Assembly (NCBI GenBank): GCA_045533905.1
Contig: JAZSIR010000011.1
Location: forward strand, 37,956 to 101,955
Direction of reading: 5' to 3'
DNA: 64,000 nt
From: Clostridia bacterium
GTDB taxonomy: Bacteria; Bacillota; Clostridia; UMGS1883; UMGS1540
Shown: positions 10,459 to 19,801 of the stretch, piece after piece
How the letters are laid out: the number at the start of each line of letters is the position of its first letter
How positions within the stretch are numbered: position 1 is the stretch's first letter
Position numbers and translations under genes: made by a program
The notes under the pieces: model-generated
The model's database searches: none
Told to the model about the DNA's origin: nothing
What the model saw: only the letters and a program-made list of their open reading frames with translations

Positions 10459-10985
10459 ATAAGCTTTCCCTCCCGCACCGTTCGCAGAAACGAATGAAAA
10501 TACAAAATGAACGCCAGCGTAGCCACACATACGGGAAGCCACTCGGCAAAGCCGCGCCAGAATGCGGACATTTTTTCATAAAACAGAAGAAGGGACATCA
10601 CGGAAAACGATGTGACAACCGTGGCCATCTTGCCGTACCAGTTCGCGGCCACCACGATTTTCTTCCGGTATAAAAAGAGGCCACCCAAAAACATCATACA
10701 TTCTTTTGCCAGAATGACGCCTACGGCCAGAAAGGGCATCCGGTCGCAAATGGCAAGAGAAATGAGCACGGTAAGCTGCATACCTTTATCAGCAAGAGGG
10801 TCCAGCAGTTTTCCGATATCGGTAACCATCGAGAATCTGCGGGCAATGTAGCCATCCAGAATATCCGTAAGGCACGCGGCAAAAAATACGACTGCCGCAG
10901 CCCCAAATGCATCCAGCGAAAACATATAGGCTGCAAGCGGTATCATACAAAGCCGAAGCAGTGTTAAAAAATTCGCGATGTTCAA
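10455..10985 (-). CDS. pgsA: CDP-alcohol phosphatidyltransferase (PgsA-like)
   Basis: NIANFLTLLR, TDILDGYIARR...GKLLDPLADK signature; TTG start after GGAGG. Confidence 0.85.
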   Translation of the reverse strand: MNIANFLTLLRLCMIPLAAYMFSLDAFGAAAVVFFAACLTDILDGYIARRFSMVTDIGKLLDPLADKGMQLTVLISLAICDRMPFLAVGVILAKECMMFLGGLFLYRKKIVVAANWYGKMATVVTSFSVMSLLLFYEKMSAFWRGFAEWLPVCVATLAFILYFHSFLRTVREGKLI

Positions 10986-11167
10986 AAAGCTCCCCTCCGT
11001 TCCATCAAAAAGTAAAGGATGCTGCCGAAGTTTTGTCTTTTGCAAAAACCAATAATATATTATTATAGTATATCCGTTTGGAATTTGCAACCATTTTTGT
11101 GATTTTTTCAACGGACACTTGACCTTTTCGCAAAATCGGTATATACTACTATGCGAGGTGAATTTTT

Positions 11168-11689
11168 ATGAAACAACATCTTGTGACTGCAGGAAAGCTT
11201 TTTCTCGACCGGCTTCTTTTTAACATTGTCGCACTTCTTCTCCTGCCGTTTTGCATTGCTATGATTGATATGATGCAGGGTGGCCCCATCCTCTTTTCGG
11301 TCACTGTCTGTATGCTCTATCTCGGCATTATCTATGACCTTCTCTGGAAAGTCGGAAAACACGACAGGCAGTCCTACGCCACAGAAAAATATTACGCCTT
11401 AAAAGGCCTTGTCATCGGGCTTATCAGCGAAATCCCGTTCCTTATCCTCTTTCTGTTTCTCGCATGGAACCCCTCCGCGCAGGGCTTTTTCGCCCTCTAT
11501 CGCGTCATCGCCGTCGGGGCATACATGGGATTTTTGCCCGAAACACATTTCACCGTAGGGTACGGCCTTGTGCTTCTGATAGCGCCCCTTTTCACTACGC
11601 TCGGATACATCGTCGGCCACAGGCGGCCGGATTATGAGAATAAAAGTTTCTGGCATCATATCTTCTACAGAAAGAAAAAATCCAAATAA
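11168..11689 (+). CDS. Hypothetical multi-pass membrane protein
   Basis: 173 aa, 4-5 hydrophobic segments, GAGGTG RBS, upstream TTGACC-17-TATACT. Confidence 0.75.
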   Translation: MKQHLVTAGKLFLDRLLFNIVALLLLPFCIAMIDMMQGGPILFSVTVCMLYLGIIYDLLWKVGKHDRQSYATEKYYALKGLVIGLISEIPFLILFLFLAWNPSAQGFFALYRVIAVGAYMGFLPETHFTVGYGLVLLIAPLFTTLGYIVGHRRPDYENKSFWHHIFYRKKKSK

Positions 11690-11720
11690 AAATTGCGGCT
11701 CCGTTCGGGGCCGCAATTTT
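11690..11720. terminator. Bidirectional intrinsic terminator
   Basis: AAAATTGCGGCTCC-GTTC-GGGGCCGCAATTTT between convergent genes. Confidence 0.75.
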
Positions 11721-12661
11721 TAATAGCCGATTTCCCGGGCACTTTGCCAAAGCACTTTCGCACTTTCGCGAAGTGCTTTTTCTTCTGCCTCCGAAAGCGG
11801 CGGTGTTATGGCCTTGCCGATGCCCGCAGCTGAGACTGTGCGCGGAAGCGAAAGGCAAACGTCCCGGATGCCGTATTCCCCTGTGCAAAGGCCGGAAACG
11901 GTGAGAACTGCATTCTCTGCGCCGCCCATTGCGCGTACAATGCGCTCGGCACACATCGCCACAGCAAAGTACGTGGCGCCCTTTTTTTCCACAATCTCGT
12001 ACGCCGCATTTTTTACATTCCGGCGGATTTCCGAAAGGCTTTGTCCGTCGCAGGTGCCGCAATGGCTGCAATATGCCGCAATGGGAAGCCCTGCGATTGT
12101 GGCGGCGTGCCATGCCACTACCTCGCTGTCGCCGTGCTCACCGATGACGAGCGCATGAATATTTCTCGCATCAATCCGCGTATGCGACGAAAGGAGCGCG
12201 CGGATGCGCGCTGTATCGAGCACCGTGCCGCTACCGATAACGCGGGCGGGCGAAATATCCGTGATTTTCAGCGTGATATATGTCAGAATATCCACAGGGT
12301 TAGTCACAACCAGAAAGAGCGTTTCTGCGCTCGCATAGCGCATTGCCTCTTCCAGAATACTTTTGAAAACGGCGGCATTGCGGGATAGAAGGTCCAGCCG
12401 TGTTTCGCCCTTTTTCTGTGCGGCGCCTGCGGCTAAAACCACAATGTCCGCCCCCGTAATATCCGCATATGTGCCTGCATAAATTTTAGAAGGACGAACA
12501 AAGGGGGTGCCATGCATAATATCCATGGCCTCCCCTTCTGCTTTTTTTCTGTCTATATCAATAAGTACGATTTCACGCACAGTTTCTTTTGCCATCAGCG
12601 TGTAGCCGATTGCAGAGCCTACAAAGCCTGCGCCGATAATCACAATTTTTCTGTCCTTCAC
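11720..12661 (-). CDS. ldh: L-lactate dehydrogenase
   Basis: IIGAGFVG, GETRLDL, VVTNPVD, SGTVLDTAR, IGEHGDSE, KKGATYF; GTG start after GAGGTGAGG. Confidence 0.92.
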   Translation of the reverse strand: MKDRKIVIIGAGFVGSAIGYTLMAKETVREIVLIDIDRKKAEGEAMDIMHGTPFVRPSKIYAGTYADITGADIVVLAAGAAQKKGETRLDLLSRNAAVFKSILEEAMRYASAETLFLVVTNPVDILTYITLKITDISPARVIGSGTVLDTARIRALLSSHTRIDARNIHALVIGEHGDSEVVAWHAATIAGLPIAAYCSHCGTCDGQSLSEIRRNVKNAAYEIVEKKGATYFAVAMCAERIVRAMGGAENAVLTVSGLCTGEYGIRDVCLSLPRTVSAAGIGKAITPPLSEAEEKALRESAKVLWQSAREIGY

Positions 12662-12679
12662 TTTCCTCACCTCAGAAAA

Positions 12680-12707
12680 AGTTTGCCCTCTTTCTGAAGA
12701 AATATAC
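12680..12707 (-). promoter_or_regulatory. Candidate forespore sigmaF promoter for ldh
   Basis: GTATA-15-GGCAAACT, matching the Bacillus sigmaF consensus (GYATA-N15-GGHRARHT). Confidence 0.55.
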
Positions 12708-12713
12708 GGAAAA

Positions 12714-13472
12714 TCAAGAAATGCCGAGAAGTCTTTCCGCGTTTTTGTATGCAATTTTTTCAAGGTCTTCCGTGGAAAGCTTCTCAAATAGTACGCCCTC
12801 CGTATACATTCCGGGATTGCAGGACGGAAAATCGGTGCCGAATAAAATGCGGTCTGCCCCCACCGTTTTCACGGCGTACTCAAGCATCGTGTAGCGGAAA
12901 AGACCTGTGCCGGAAATATCGAGATACATATTCTCAAAATCCAGCATTCTTTGAAGGTGCGCGCGGAACGGGCCGGGCTCGTTCGGGTGCGCGAATACAA
13001 ATTTCAGCTTTGGAAATGCCGAGAGTACGGCGCGCATATCTTCATCATCGGTCGGGTGACAGCTTATGACCATACCGAGTTCCTCACAAAGTGCAAAAAT
13101 TTCTGCACAGTCGCGGTACTGCCAGCCGCCCTGCGAATACGGCGTAAGCTCGCCGATTAAACGAAAGCCCTTTTTATGTACGTTTTCAACCAGCTCACAG
13201 CTTTCTTGGGTGTAATTCGGGTCTACGCGAAAACCGGGAACAAAAAAGTCCGGATGTGCCTCGTAAATCTCCATAACAATTTCGTTTTCGCGGCGCAGTT
13301 TTTCGCCGAAATCCGAATGCTTTGTAAGAACGGAGCCTGCCGCACGGGTAATGCCCACCTTTTCAAGTAGCCTTCTTTGCTCATCATAGCCACGCGGCGC
13401 ATCCTTTGCATAATGCGCAATATTTTCCGGTCGTTCCATATACGGATGGGTATGAAAATCAAAAAAACGCAT
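12714..13472 (-). CDS. Amidohydrolase family protein (copy 2)
   Basis: DFHTH, SCHPT, FVFAHP, ILFGTDFP motifs of the amidohydro_2 TIM barrel. Confidence 0.88.
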   Translation of the reverse strand: MRFFDFHTHPYMERPENIAHYAKDAPRGYDEQRRLLEKVGITRAAGSVLTKHSDFGEKLRRENEIVMEIYEAHPDFFVPGFRVDPNYTQESCELVENVHKKGFRLIGELTPYSQGGWQYRDCAEIFALCEELGMVISCHPTDDEDMRAVLSAFPKLKFVFAHPNEPGPFRAHLQRMLDFENMYLDISGTGLFRYTMLEYAVKTVGADRILFGTDFPSCNPGMYTEGVLFEKLSTEDLEKIAYKNAERLLGIS

Positions 13473-13484
13473 GTCTCTTCTCCT

Positions 13485-14249
13485 TTAGTTAAGACCCAAA
13501 AGTCTTTCGGCGTTCTTATAGGCAATTTTCTCGAGGTTTTCCGTGCCGATTTCCTCAAACTGCACGCCGCCTACATACATACCTGCATTGCAAATGGGGT
13601 AATCCGTGCCGAACAAAATGCGATCCGCCCCCACACATTCAAGGCCGTGCTCGAGCATCGTAAAGCGGAAGAGACCGGTGCCGGAAAGGTCAAGATACGC
13701 ATTGTCAAAGTCGCGTATTCTATCAAGATGCGCCTTATACGAAGGCACTTCACCGGGATGTGCAAATACAAAGGTAAGATGCGGAAATTCGCGGCAAACC
13801 GCGCGCATATCCTCATCATCCGTGGGGTGACAGCTTACGACCATACCGAGTTCCTCTGCAAGGGCAAAAATCTCCCCGCAGTCCCGATACTGCCAGCCAC
13901 CTGCCGACTGCGGCGTAAGCTCACCGATGAGACGGAAGCCTCTTTTATGCATCCACTCCAGAAGCTCGCAGCTTTCCCTCGTGTAATTCGGGTCCACGCG
14001 GAAGCCGGGCACGTAGAAATCGGGATGTTCTTCATAAATCTGCAGTGCAATTTCATTTTCGCGGCGCATTCTTTCTCCGAAATCCATACCGTCGCGGCGT
14101 ACGAGTACGGAGCCCGCCGCGCGGGTAATGCCGATGCTTTCAAGCGCCTTTCTCTGGTGCGCATAGCCTGTTTCCTCGCTCGGCAGATATATCGTTATGT
14201 TCTCGGGTTTTTCAATATACGGATGCGTGTGAAAATCAAAAAAATGCAT
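13485..14249 (-). CDS. Amidohydrolase family protein (copy 1)
   Basis: Same motifs; start reset to MHFFDF behind AAGGAGG; upstream perfect TTGACA-17-TATAAT. Confidence 0.88.
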   Translation of the reverse strand: MHFFDFHTHPYIEKPENITIYLPSEETGYAHQRKALESIGITRAAGSVLVRRDGMDFGERMRRENEIALQIYEEHPDFYVPGFRVDPNYTRESCELLEWMHKRGFRLIGELTPQSAGGWQYRDCGEIFALAEELGMVVSCHPTDDEDMRAVCREFPHLTFVFAHPGEVPSYKAHLDRIRDFDNAYLDLSGTGLFRFTMLEHGLECVGADRILFGTDYPICNAGMYVGGVQFEEIGTENLEKIAYKNAERLLGLN

Positions 14250-14366
14250 AAAACCGCCTCCTTTTCCTTTATTATAAACACCTCCTCCTCCTTTGTCAAG
14301 GCCAAAATTCGCCACTTGCAATTGCCTCTTTCCTATGGTAAGATAAAAGAAAAAGGAGGTGCCCGC

Positions 14367-15617
14367 GTGGAGCGTTTGATTTTTCATATTGATGTAAACA
14401 GCGCGTATTTATCCTGGGAAGCCGTGCGGCATCTCGAAAAAACGGGTGAAGATATCCGCCTTATTCCCTCCGCCATCGGTGGCGACCGTGAAAAGCGTAC
14501 GGGCGTGATTCTGGCGAAATCCATCCCCTCTAAAAAATTCGGCATCAAAACGGGCGAACCTGTCGCAATGGCGCTTCGAAAATGTCCCTCTCTCTTTCTG
14601 GCAAAACCGGATTTCCGGCTGTATGAACGGTCCTCCGCCGCTTTTATGGAGATCTGCCGCGACTATACGCCCGTTCTCGAAAAATTTTCGATTGACGAGT
14701 GCTTTCTCGATATGACGGGAACAGAGCTTTTATTTCCGAATCCCGTAAAAACAGCGCACGAAATCCAAGACAGAATCCGACGGGAGCTTGGGTTTACGGT
14801 CAACATCGGCATCGGCGAAAACAAGCTCCTTGCCAAAATGGCCAGCGACTTCGAAAAGCCCGACCGCGTGCATACGCTTTTCAGACACGAAATCGAGAAA
14901 AAACTCTGGCCGCTTCCCGTGGACGCCCTCTTTATGGCGGGCCGTTCCACGGCGGAAAAATTAAAAAAACTGAATGTAAATACAATCGGGGAAATTGTTT
15001 CTATGGGCGTACATACGCTCGAATCCGTATTCGGTCCGCGGCTCGGCGCGCAGCTTTTTGCACGCGCCTCGGGCGAGGATGATTCGCCCGTTTTGGCTGT
15101 CCCCGAAAAAGCAAAGGGCTACAGTATTTCCACAACCCTTGAGGAGGATGTGGAAACGGAAGAGGCCGCGCAGCACATCCTCCTTGCACTTTCCGACAGT
15201 GTTGCCGCCCGTATGCGGGCAGACGGAGCCTCGGCCTCTTGCATTGCCGTTACTATCCGTGCAAACGACTTCAAAAATCATTCGCATCAGGAAACGCTCT
15301 CCGCGCCGACAGACGGCACGATGGAAATTTATGAACATGCCTGCCGCCTTTTCCACGCACTTTGGGACAGGCGTACACCGCTTCGGCTTTTAGGCATCTC
15401 TCTGACCCAGCTTTCCCGCGAAGAAAGTGCCCAATTTTCTTTCTTCACCGATGAAAAGCGGGAAAAAGAAGAGCAGCTTGACAAAACGATGGATTCTATC
15501 CGCGCGCGTTTTGGCCGCGGAACACTCTCACGGGGGACCCTCTATCGTGCCCCGCTTTCGATTGGCAAAAAATACGAAGCCGAAACAGAGGCTATAGAAA
15601 AACGGCAGTCCGAATAG
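14367..15617 (+). CDS. dinB: DNA polymerase IV (Y family)
   Basis: FHIDVNSAY, FSIDECFLD, NKLLAKMASDFEKPD; GTG start after AAGGAGG. Confidence 0.92.
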   Translation: MERLIFHIDVNSAYLSWEAVRHLEKTGEDIRLIPSAIGGDREKRTGVILAKSIPSKKFGIKTGEPVAMALRKCPSLFLAKPDFRLYERSSAAFMEICRDYTPVLEKFSIDECFLDMTGTELLFPNPVKTAHEIQDRIRRELGFTVNIGIGENKLLAKMASDFEKPDRVHTLFRHEIEKKLWPLPVDALFMAGRSTAEKLKKLNVNTIGEIVSMGVHTLESVFGPRLGAQLFARASGEDDSPVLAVPEKAKGYSISTTLEEDVETEEAAQHILLALSDSVAARMRADGASASCIAVTIRANDFKNHSHQETLSAPTDGTMEIYEHACRLFHALWDRRTPLRLLGISLTQLSREESAQFSFFTDEKREKEEQLDKTMDSIRARFGRGTLSRGTLYRAPLSIGKKYEAETEAIEKRQSE

Positions 15618-15630
15618 GACTGCCGTTTTC
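15598..15630. terminator. Bidirectional intrinsic terminator
   Basis: AAAACGGCAGTCC-GAATA-GGACTGCCGTTTT between dinB and hup. Confidence 0.75.
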
Positions 15631-15642
15631 GTATGGGTCTGA

Positions 15643-15915
15643 TTATTTTACGCTTTCTTTCAGAGCTTTGCCAGCCTTGAATACCGGAACCTTTGCGGCC
15701 GGAATCATGACTTCTGCACCTGTCTGCGGGTTCTTGCCCTTGCGAGCTGCGCGCTGACGGGTTTCGAATGTGCCAAAGCCTACGAGCTGTACCTTGCCGC
15801 CATCTGCGAGTACATCGGTGATGGTGTTGATAGCAACTGCCAGAGCCTTGTCAGCATCCTTCTTGGAAAGTTCTGCGTTTGCTGCGATTGCAGCTACGAG
15901 TTCTGCCTTATTCAT
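15643..15915 (-). CDS. hup: DNA-binding protein HU
   Basis: [32 protein letters not shown]. Confidence 0.97.
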   Translation of the reverse strand: MNKAELVAAIAANAELSKKDADKALAVAINTITDVLADGGKVQLVGFGTFETRQRAARKGKNPQTGAEVMIPAAKVPVFKAGKALKESVK

Positions 15916-16010
15916 GGTTTTTCCTCCTTCCGGGAAGCAATAGCCACCCGCATCTTACCTTATATCTGCATACTGCATAAAGCAGTACGGGATATGCATA
16001 CAGTGGAAAA

Positions 16011-16406
16011 CTATCTCTTCGAGAACTGCGGTGCGCGACGAGCAGCCTTGAGACCGTATTTCTTTCTTTCCTTCATTCTCGGGTCACGAGTGAGGAAGCC
16101 TGCCTTCTTCAGAACTGCACGATTGTTTTCGTCAACAATCAGAAGTGCTCTTGCAATGCCGTGACGGATTGCACCGGCCTGACCGGTAACACCGCCGCCT
16201 GCAACCTTACATACAACGTCCATTTTGCCGAGGTTGCCGGTAATGTCGAGCGGCTGACGTACGATAGTCTTTAATGTTTCAAGACCAAAATATTCGTCAA
16301 TGTTTCTGCCGTTTACGGTTACATTGCCCGTACCGGGGAAAAGGCGTACCCTGGCAACGGATTTCTTTCTTCTGCCTGTGCCGTAGAATTCAGTTTTTTC
16401 TGCCAT
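16011..16406 (-). CDS. rpsI: 30S ribosomal protein S9
   Basis: [12 protein letters not shown] ... [19 protein letters not shown]. Confidence 0.98.
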   Translation of the reverse strand: MAEKTEFYGTGRRKKSVARVRLFPGTGNVTVNGRNIDEYFGLETLKTIVRQPLDITGNLGKMDVVCKVAGGGVTGQAGAIRHGIARALLIVDENNRAVLKKAGFLTRDPRMKERKKYGLKAARRAPQFSKR

Positions 16407-16420
16407 AATCTGTTACCTCC

Positions 16421-16846
16421 TTATTCCCAAACTTCGGGCTTCTGTGCCGCGTGCTTATGCTCTGCATCTTTGTAGACACGAAGTCTTGTGAGAGCTTCTC
16501 TGCCGATTGTGGTGTCCGGAATCATACCTTTGATTGCCAGAAGCATTGCACGATCAGCATTTGTGCGCATCATAGCGCGTGCGCTGGTTTCCTTAAGGCC
16601 ACCAACATAACCGCTGTGTCTGTAGTAAGATTTCTGGTCGAGCTTCTTACCTGTGAAGACAGCTTCGTTGCAGTTGATAATGATAACATGGTCACCACAG
16701 TCAACGTGCGGGGTATAGGTCGGCTTATGCTTGCCGCGCAGAAGTGTGGCTGCAATTGTAGCTACACGACCAACGGGTTTGCCTGCCGCATCGATAATGT
16801 ACCAGTTTCTTTTCACATCAGCCGGCTTTGTCATAAAAGTACTCAT
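16421..16846 (-). CDS. rplM: 50S ribosomal protein L13
   Basis: [40 protein letters not shown]. Confidence 0.98.
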   Translation of the reverse strand: MSTFMTKPADVKRNWYIIDAAGKPVGRVATIAATLLRGKHKPTYTPHVDCGDHVIIINCNEAVFTGKKLDQKSYYRHSGYVGGLKETSARAMMRTNADRAMLLAIKGMIPDTTIGREALTRLRVYKDAEHKHAAQKPEVWE

Positions 16847-16882
16847 GTGCTTTTCCCTCCATTTTTATTCGAATGCTTGCAT

Positions 16883-16911
16883 ATTATACGCCACAAAATT
16901 CCTTTTGTCAA
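16883..16911 (-). promoter_or_regulatory. sigmaA promoter of rplM-rpsI-hup
   Basis: Perfect TTGACA-17-TATAAT. Confidence 0.85.
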
Positions 16912-17017
16912 TAGGTTTTTTGAAAAAATTTATTTTTATTTTGCATTACTCTCGTTTTCTCTCTTTTTCTCGTTTTTTCTCTTGTTTTCTCACGCGCCAT
17001 TTTTGTTTTTCGTGCTA

Positions 17018-17046
17018 TTGACTGCCCAAAAAAAATATGGTACAAT
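17018..17046 (+). promoter_or_regulatory. sigmaA promoter of rqcH
   Basis: TTGACT-17-TACAAT with TGn. Confidence 0.7.
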
Positions 17047-17076
17047 AAGAAAAAACAAGAAAACTGGGAGAATTGT

Positions 17077-18798
17077 ATGCCATTTGACGCTACGGCCCTC
17101 TCGGCCATTGCGCATGAACTGCGCGCCACCGTCCTTGAGGGACGTATAGATAAAATATATCAGCCCGAACGCGACGAAATTGTGCTTTTCATCCGCACAC
17201 CCCGCGAAAATGTGCGCCTTCTGATCAGTGCAGGGCATATGAATCCGCGGGTGCACCTTACCGAAGTGCGGAAGAAAAACCCCATCGACGCGCCGATGTT
17301 CTGCATGCTTCTCCGCAAGCACCTTTCCGGCGGCCGGATTGTAGAAATCACCCAGCCGGATTTTGAGCGTATTCTTCGCTTTACCATAAGCGTATATAAT
17401 GAAATGGGCGACGTGTGCGAGCGGTTTTTATACGCCGAATTTGTCGGCCGCAATCCAAATATTATTCTCACCGATGAAAGCGGAAAAATTATAGAAGCCG
17501 CGCACCATACCGACCTTTCGGCCGGCCGCGGTATATTACCGGGGCTTCGCTATTCCCCGCCGCCGTTGCAGGATAAGGTAAACCCCATAACGGCAAATGC
17601 AGAAGCGGCTACCGCCCTTCTCGGGTCGATGCCCGAAGCACTCGCCGAAAAAGCGCTCGTTACCCTGTTCCGCGGGCTTTCCCCTATGGCCGCGAGGTGC
17701 ATCGCAGCGGAAAGCACAGGGTGTGAGGATGCACCCGTACGCGGAAATGAAGCAGCACTCGCGGGCGGTCTTATGGCTTTTGCAGACCGCATACGCCGCG
17801 GCGAATTCTCTCCCACTCTGCTTCTCTCGCCGGAAGGTGTACCCGTGGATTTCACGGCATACACGCCTTTCGCGCATAAAGATATATTAAAGGAAGAAAA
17901 AGCCGAAACGCTATCAGAAGCGCTTGACCTTTTCTATGCCGGACGGGACAAAAGCGATCGTCTCCGTCAGAAGGGCGCAAGCCTTAAAAAGCACGCTGTC
18001 AATATTCTGGCAAGGCTCCGGAAGAAAATCAGTATTCATACGGCCACGCTTTCGGAAACAGAAAATATGGAAACCTTCCGGATATACGGCGAGCTGCTTC
18101 TGGCCAATCTCCATCGCGGCGAAGCCGGAATGGCGCGTATTTCTCTCGAAAACTTCTATGACGAAATGCGCCCCATAGAAATTCCGCTTGACAAAACAAA
18201 AAACCTTGCCGTCAATGCACAGTTGTATTTCAAAAAGTACAGAAAGCTTAAAACGGCGGCCGTTATCGTAAAGGAAGAGCTTCAGCGCACACAAGAAGAA
18301 TGTGCCTATATGGAAACGGTGCTTGACGCCATCTCGCGTGCCGATTCCGAGGAAGCGCTTTCGGGAATCCGCGCTGAGCTTTCTGCAGGTGGCTATATTA
18401 AAACGGAAGTGCGCGGCAAAAAACAGAAGGAAGCGCCTTCTTCCCCGCTTGCAATCACGGTGGATTCTTTTTCCGTTCTTGTCGGGCGGAATAACCACCA
18501 AAATGACCTTGTAACTTTCCGTCTCTCGCGTGCCGAGGATATCTGGCTGCACGTGAAGAATATGCCCGGTTCCCATGTTCTGATACAGTCGGAAAGGCGA
18601 GAGGTGCCCGATGCCTGCATTCTCCGTGCTGCCGCCATCGCCGCCTACTTCAGCAGCGGAAAAAACAGTGCGCAGGTGCCCGTGGACTATACGGCCGTCA
18701 AAAACGTATGGAAGCCTGCCGGCGCACGGCCGGGTATGGTTCTGTATGAAAAGCAGCATACGGTCTACGTAACCCCCGCGCCGCCCGAAGGACTCTAG
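17077..18798 (+). CDS. rqcH: Ribosome quality control factor RqcH (FbpA/NFACT family)
   Basis: GRIDKIYQP, PMFCMLLRKHL, FERIL, VGRNNHQND, DIWLHVKNMPGSHV, VPVDYT. Confidence 0.93.
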   Translation: MPFDATALSAIAHELRATVLEGRIDKIYQPERDEIVLFIRTPRENVRLLISAGHMNPRVHLTEVRKKNPIDAPMFCMLLRKHLSGGRIVEITQPDFERILRFTISVYNEMGDVCERFLYAEFVGRNPNIILTDESGKIIEAAHHTDLSAGRGILPGLRYSPPPLQDKVNPITANAEAATALLGSMPEALAEKALVTLFRGLSPMAARCIAAESTGCEDAPVRGNEAALAGGLMAFADRIRRGEFSPTLLLSPEGVPVDFTAYTPFAHKDILKEEKAETLSEALDLFYAGRDKSDRLRQKGASLKKHAVNILARLRKKISIHTATLSETENMETFRIYGELLLANLHRGEAGMARISLENFYDEMRPIEIPLDKTKNLAVNAQLYFKKYRKLKTAAVIVKEELQRTQEECAYMETVLDAISRADSEEALSGIRAELSAGGYIKTEVRGKKQKEAPSSPLAITVDSFSVLVGRNNHQNDLVTFRLSRAEDIWLHVKNMPGSHVLIQSERREVPDACILRAAAIAAYFSSGKNSAQVPVDYTAVKNVWKPAGARPGMVLYEKQHTVYVTPAPPEGL

Positions 18799-18897
18799 AA
18801 TCTGGGGATTCTACATTTTTTTACCAAAACACTTGCTTTTTTGTGATTCGCAATGTATAATAAGGTTGATTCTAATTATTTTAGGAGGTTTTTTCCA

Positions 18898-19680
18898 ATG
18901 AAAAGAACAGTATTGTTTCTTCTGGCCGCTGTAATGGTTTTCTCCTTTGCTGCATGTCAGAAGGCACCCCAGACGGAAGTTCCGAACGTACCGTCTGCAA
19001 CCTATGAAGGCACATACGCCGAAGCTCTCAAGATGGGCACAAACGCTGCCTTCCCGCCGTATGAGTACAAAGAAGGCGAAGCTTTCAAGGGTATCGACAT
19101 TGACATTGCTACCGCAATCGCCAAGGAACTCGGCACTACCCTCGAAGTTGTAGATATGGAATTTGATTCCATCATCGCTTCCGTACAGAAGGGCGAAGTA
19201 AACTTCGGTATGGCCGGTATGACCGTTACCGACGAACGCAAGGAAGAAGTTGACTTCACCGCAAGCTATGCCACAGGCGTTCAGGTTGTTATCGTTACGG
19301 AAGATTCCGCAATCGCTTCCCTCGATGACCTCGCCGGCAAGAAGATCGGCACACAGCTCGGCACCACCGGTGATATGTACTCCAAAGACGATTACGGCGA
19401 AGAAAATGTAACCAGCTACGGCAAGGGTGCAGACGCTGTTATCGCTCTCCTCGGCGGCGACGTTGACGCTGTTATCATCGACAACGAACCGGCAAAGGCA
19501 TTTGTTGAACAGAACGCAGGCCTCAAGATTCTTGACACGGAATACGCCGTAGAAGACTACGCCATTGCAATTGCAAAGGAAAATGCTACGCTTCTTTCCG
19601 ACATCAACAAGGCTCTTGAAAAGCTGACGGCTGACGGCACAATCGATGCCATCATCGCAGAATACATTAGCGCCGAATAA
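18898..19680 (+). CDS. Polar amino-acid ABC transporter substrate-binding lipoprotein
   Basis: Lipobox FAAC, GTNAAFPPYE, GIDID, MTVTDER, QLGTTG. Confidence 0.92.
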   Translation: MKRTVLFLLAAVMVFSFAACQKAPQTEVPNVPSATYEGTYAEALKMGTNAAFPPYEYKEGEAFKGIDIDIATAIAKELGTTLEVVDMEFDSIIASVQKGEVNFGMAGMTVTDERKEEVDFTASYATGVQVVIVTEDSAIASLDDLAGKKIGTQLGTTGDMYSKDDYGEENVTSYGKGADAVIALLGGDVDAVIIDNEPAKAFVEQNAGLKILDTEYAVEDYAIAIAKENATLLSDINKALEKLTADGTIDAIIAEYISAE

Positions 19681-19693
19681 AGAAACAAAAACC

Positions 19694-19726
19694 CTATAAA
19701 AGCGGGAGTTTCTCCCGCTTTTATAG
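19694..19726 (+). terminator. Intercistronic hairpin/terminator after the binding-protein gene
   Basis: CTATAAAAGCGGGAG-TTT-CTCCCGCTTTTATAG perfect inverted repeat. Confidence 0.7.
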
Positions 19727-19801
19727 TCGTTTTATAAACAATTCCTTTAAGTGCAAAAATGGTGTTTGCCTTTAAAAGAATTGTTTAAGGGAGAAAAAAA
19801 C

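Noticed and set aside
13377-14366. 330-aa N-terminal extension of DinB in the 746-aa ORF
   Set aside because: Antisense shadow of the amidohydrolase; the real start is GTG 14367 behind AAGGAGG and its own promoter
14250-14366. LexA box upstream of dinB (also checked before uvrB)
   Set aside because: No GAAC-N4-GTTC found; only a half-site near the uvrB start
16847-16882. L13 leader autoregulatory RNA
   Set aside because: Promoter leaves only ~30 nt of leader with no supportable structure
16940-17010. CTCGTTTTCT-like repeats between rplM and rqcH promoters
   Set aside because: Low-complexity pyrimidine tract without regular period; plausibly UP-element sequence
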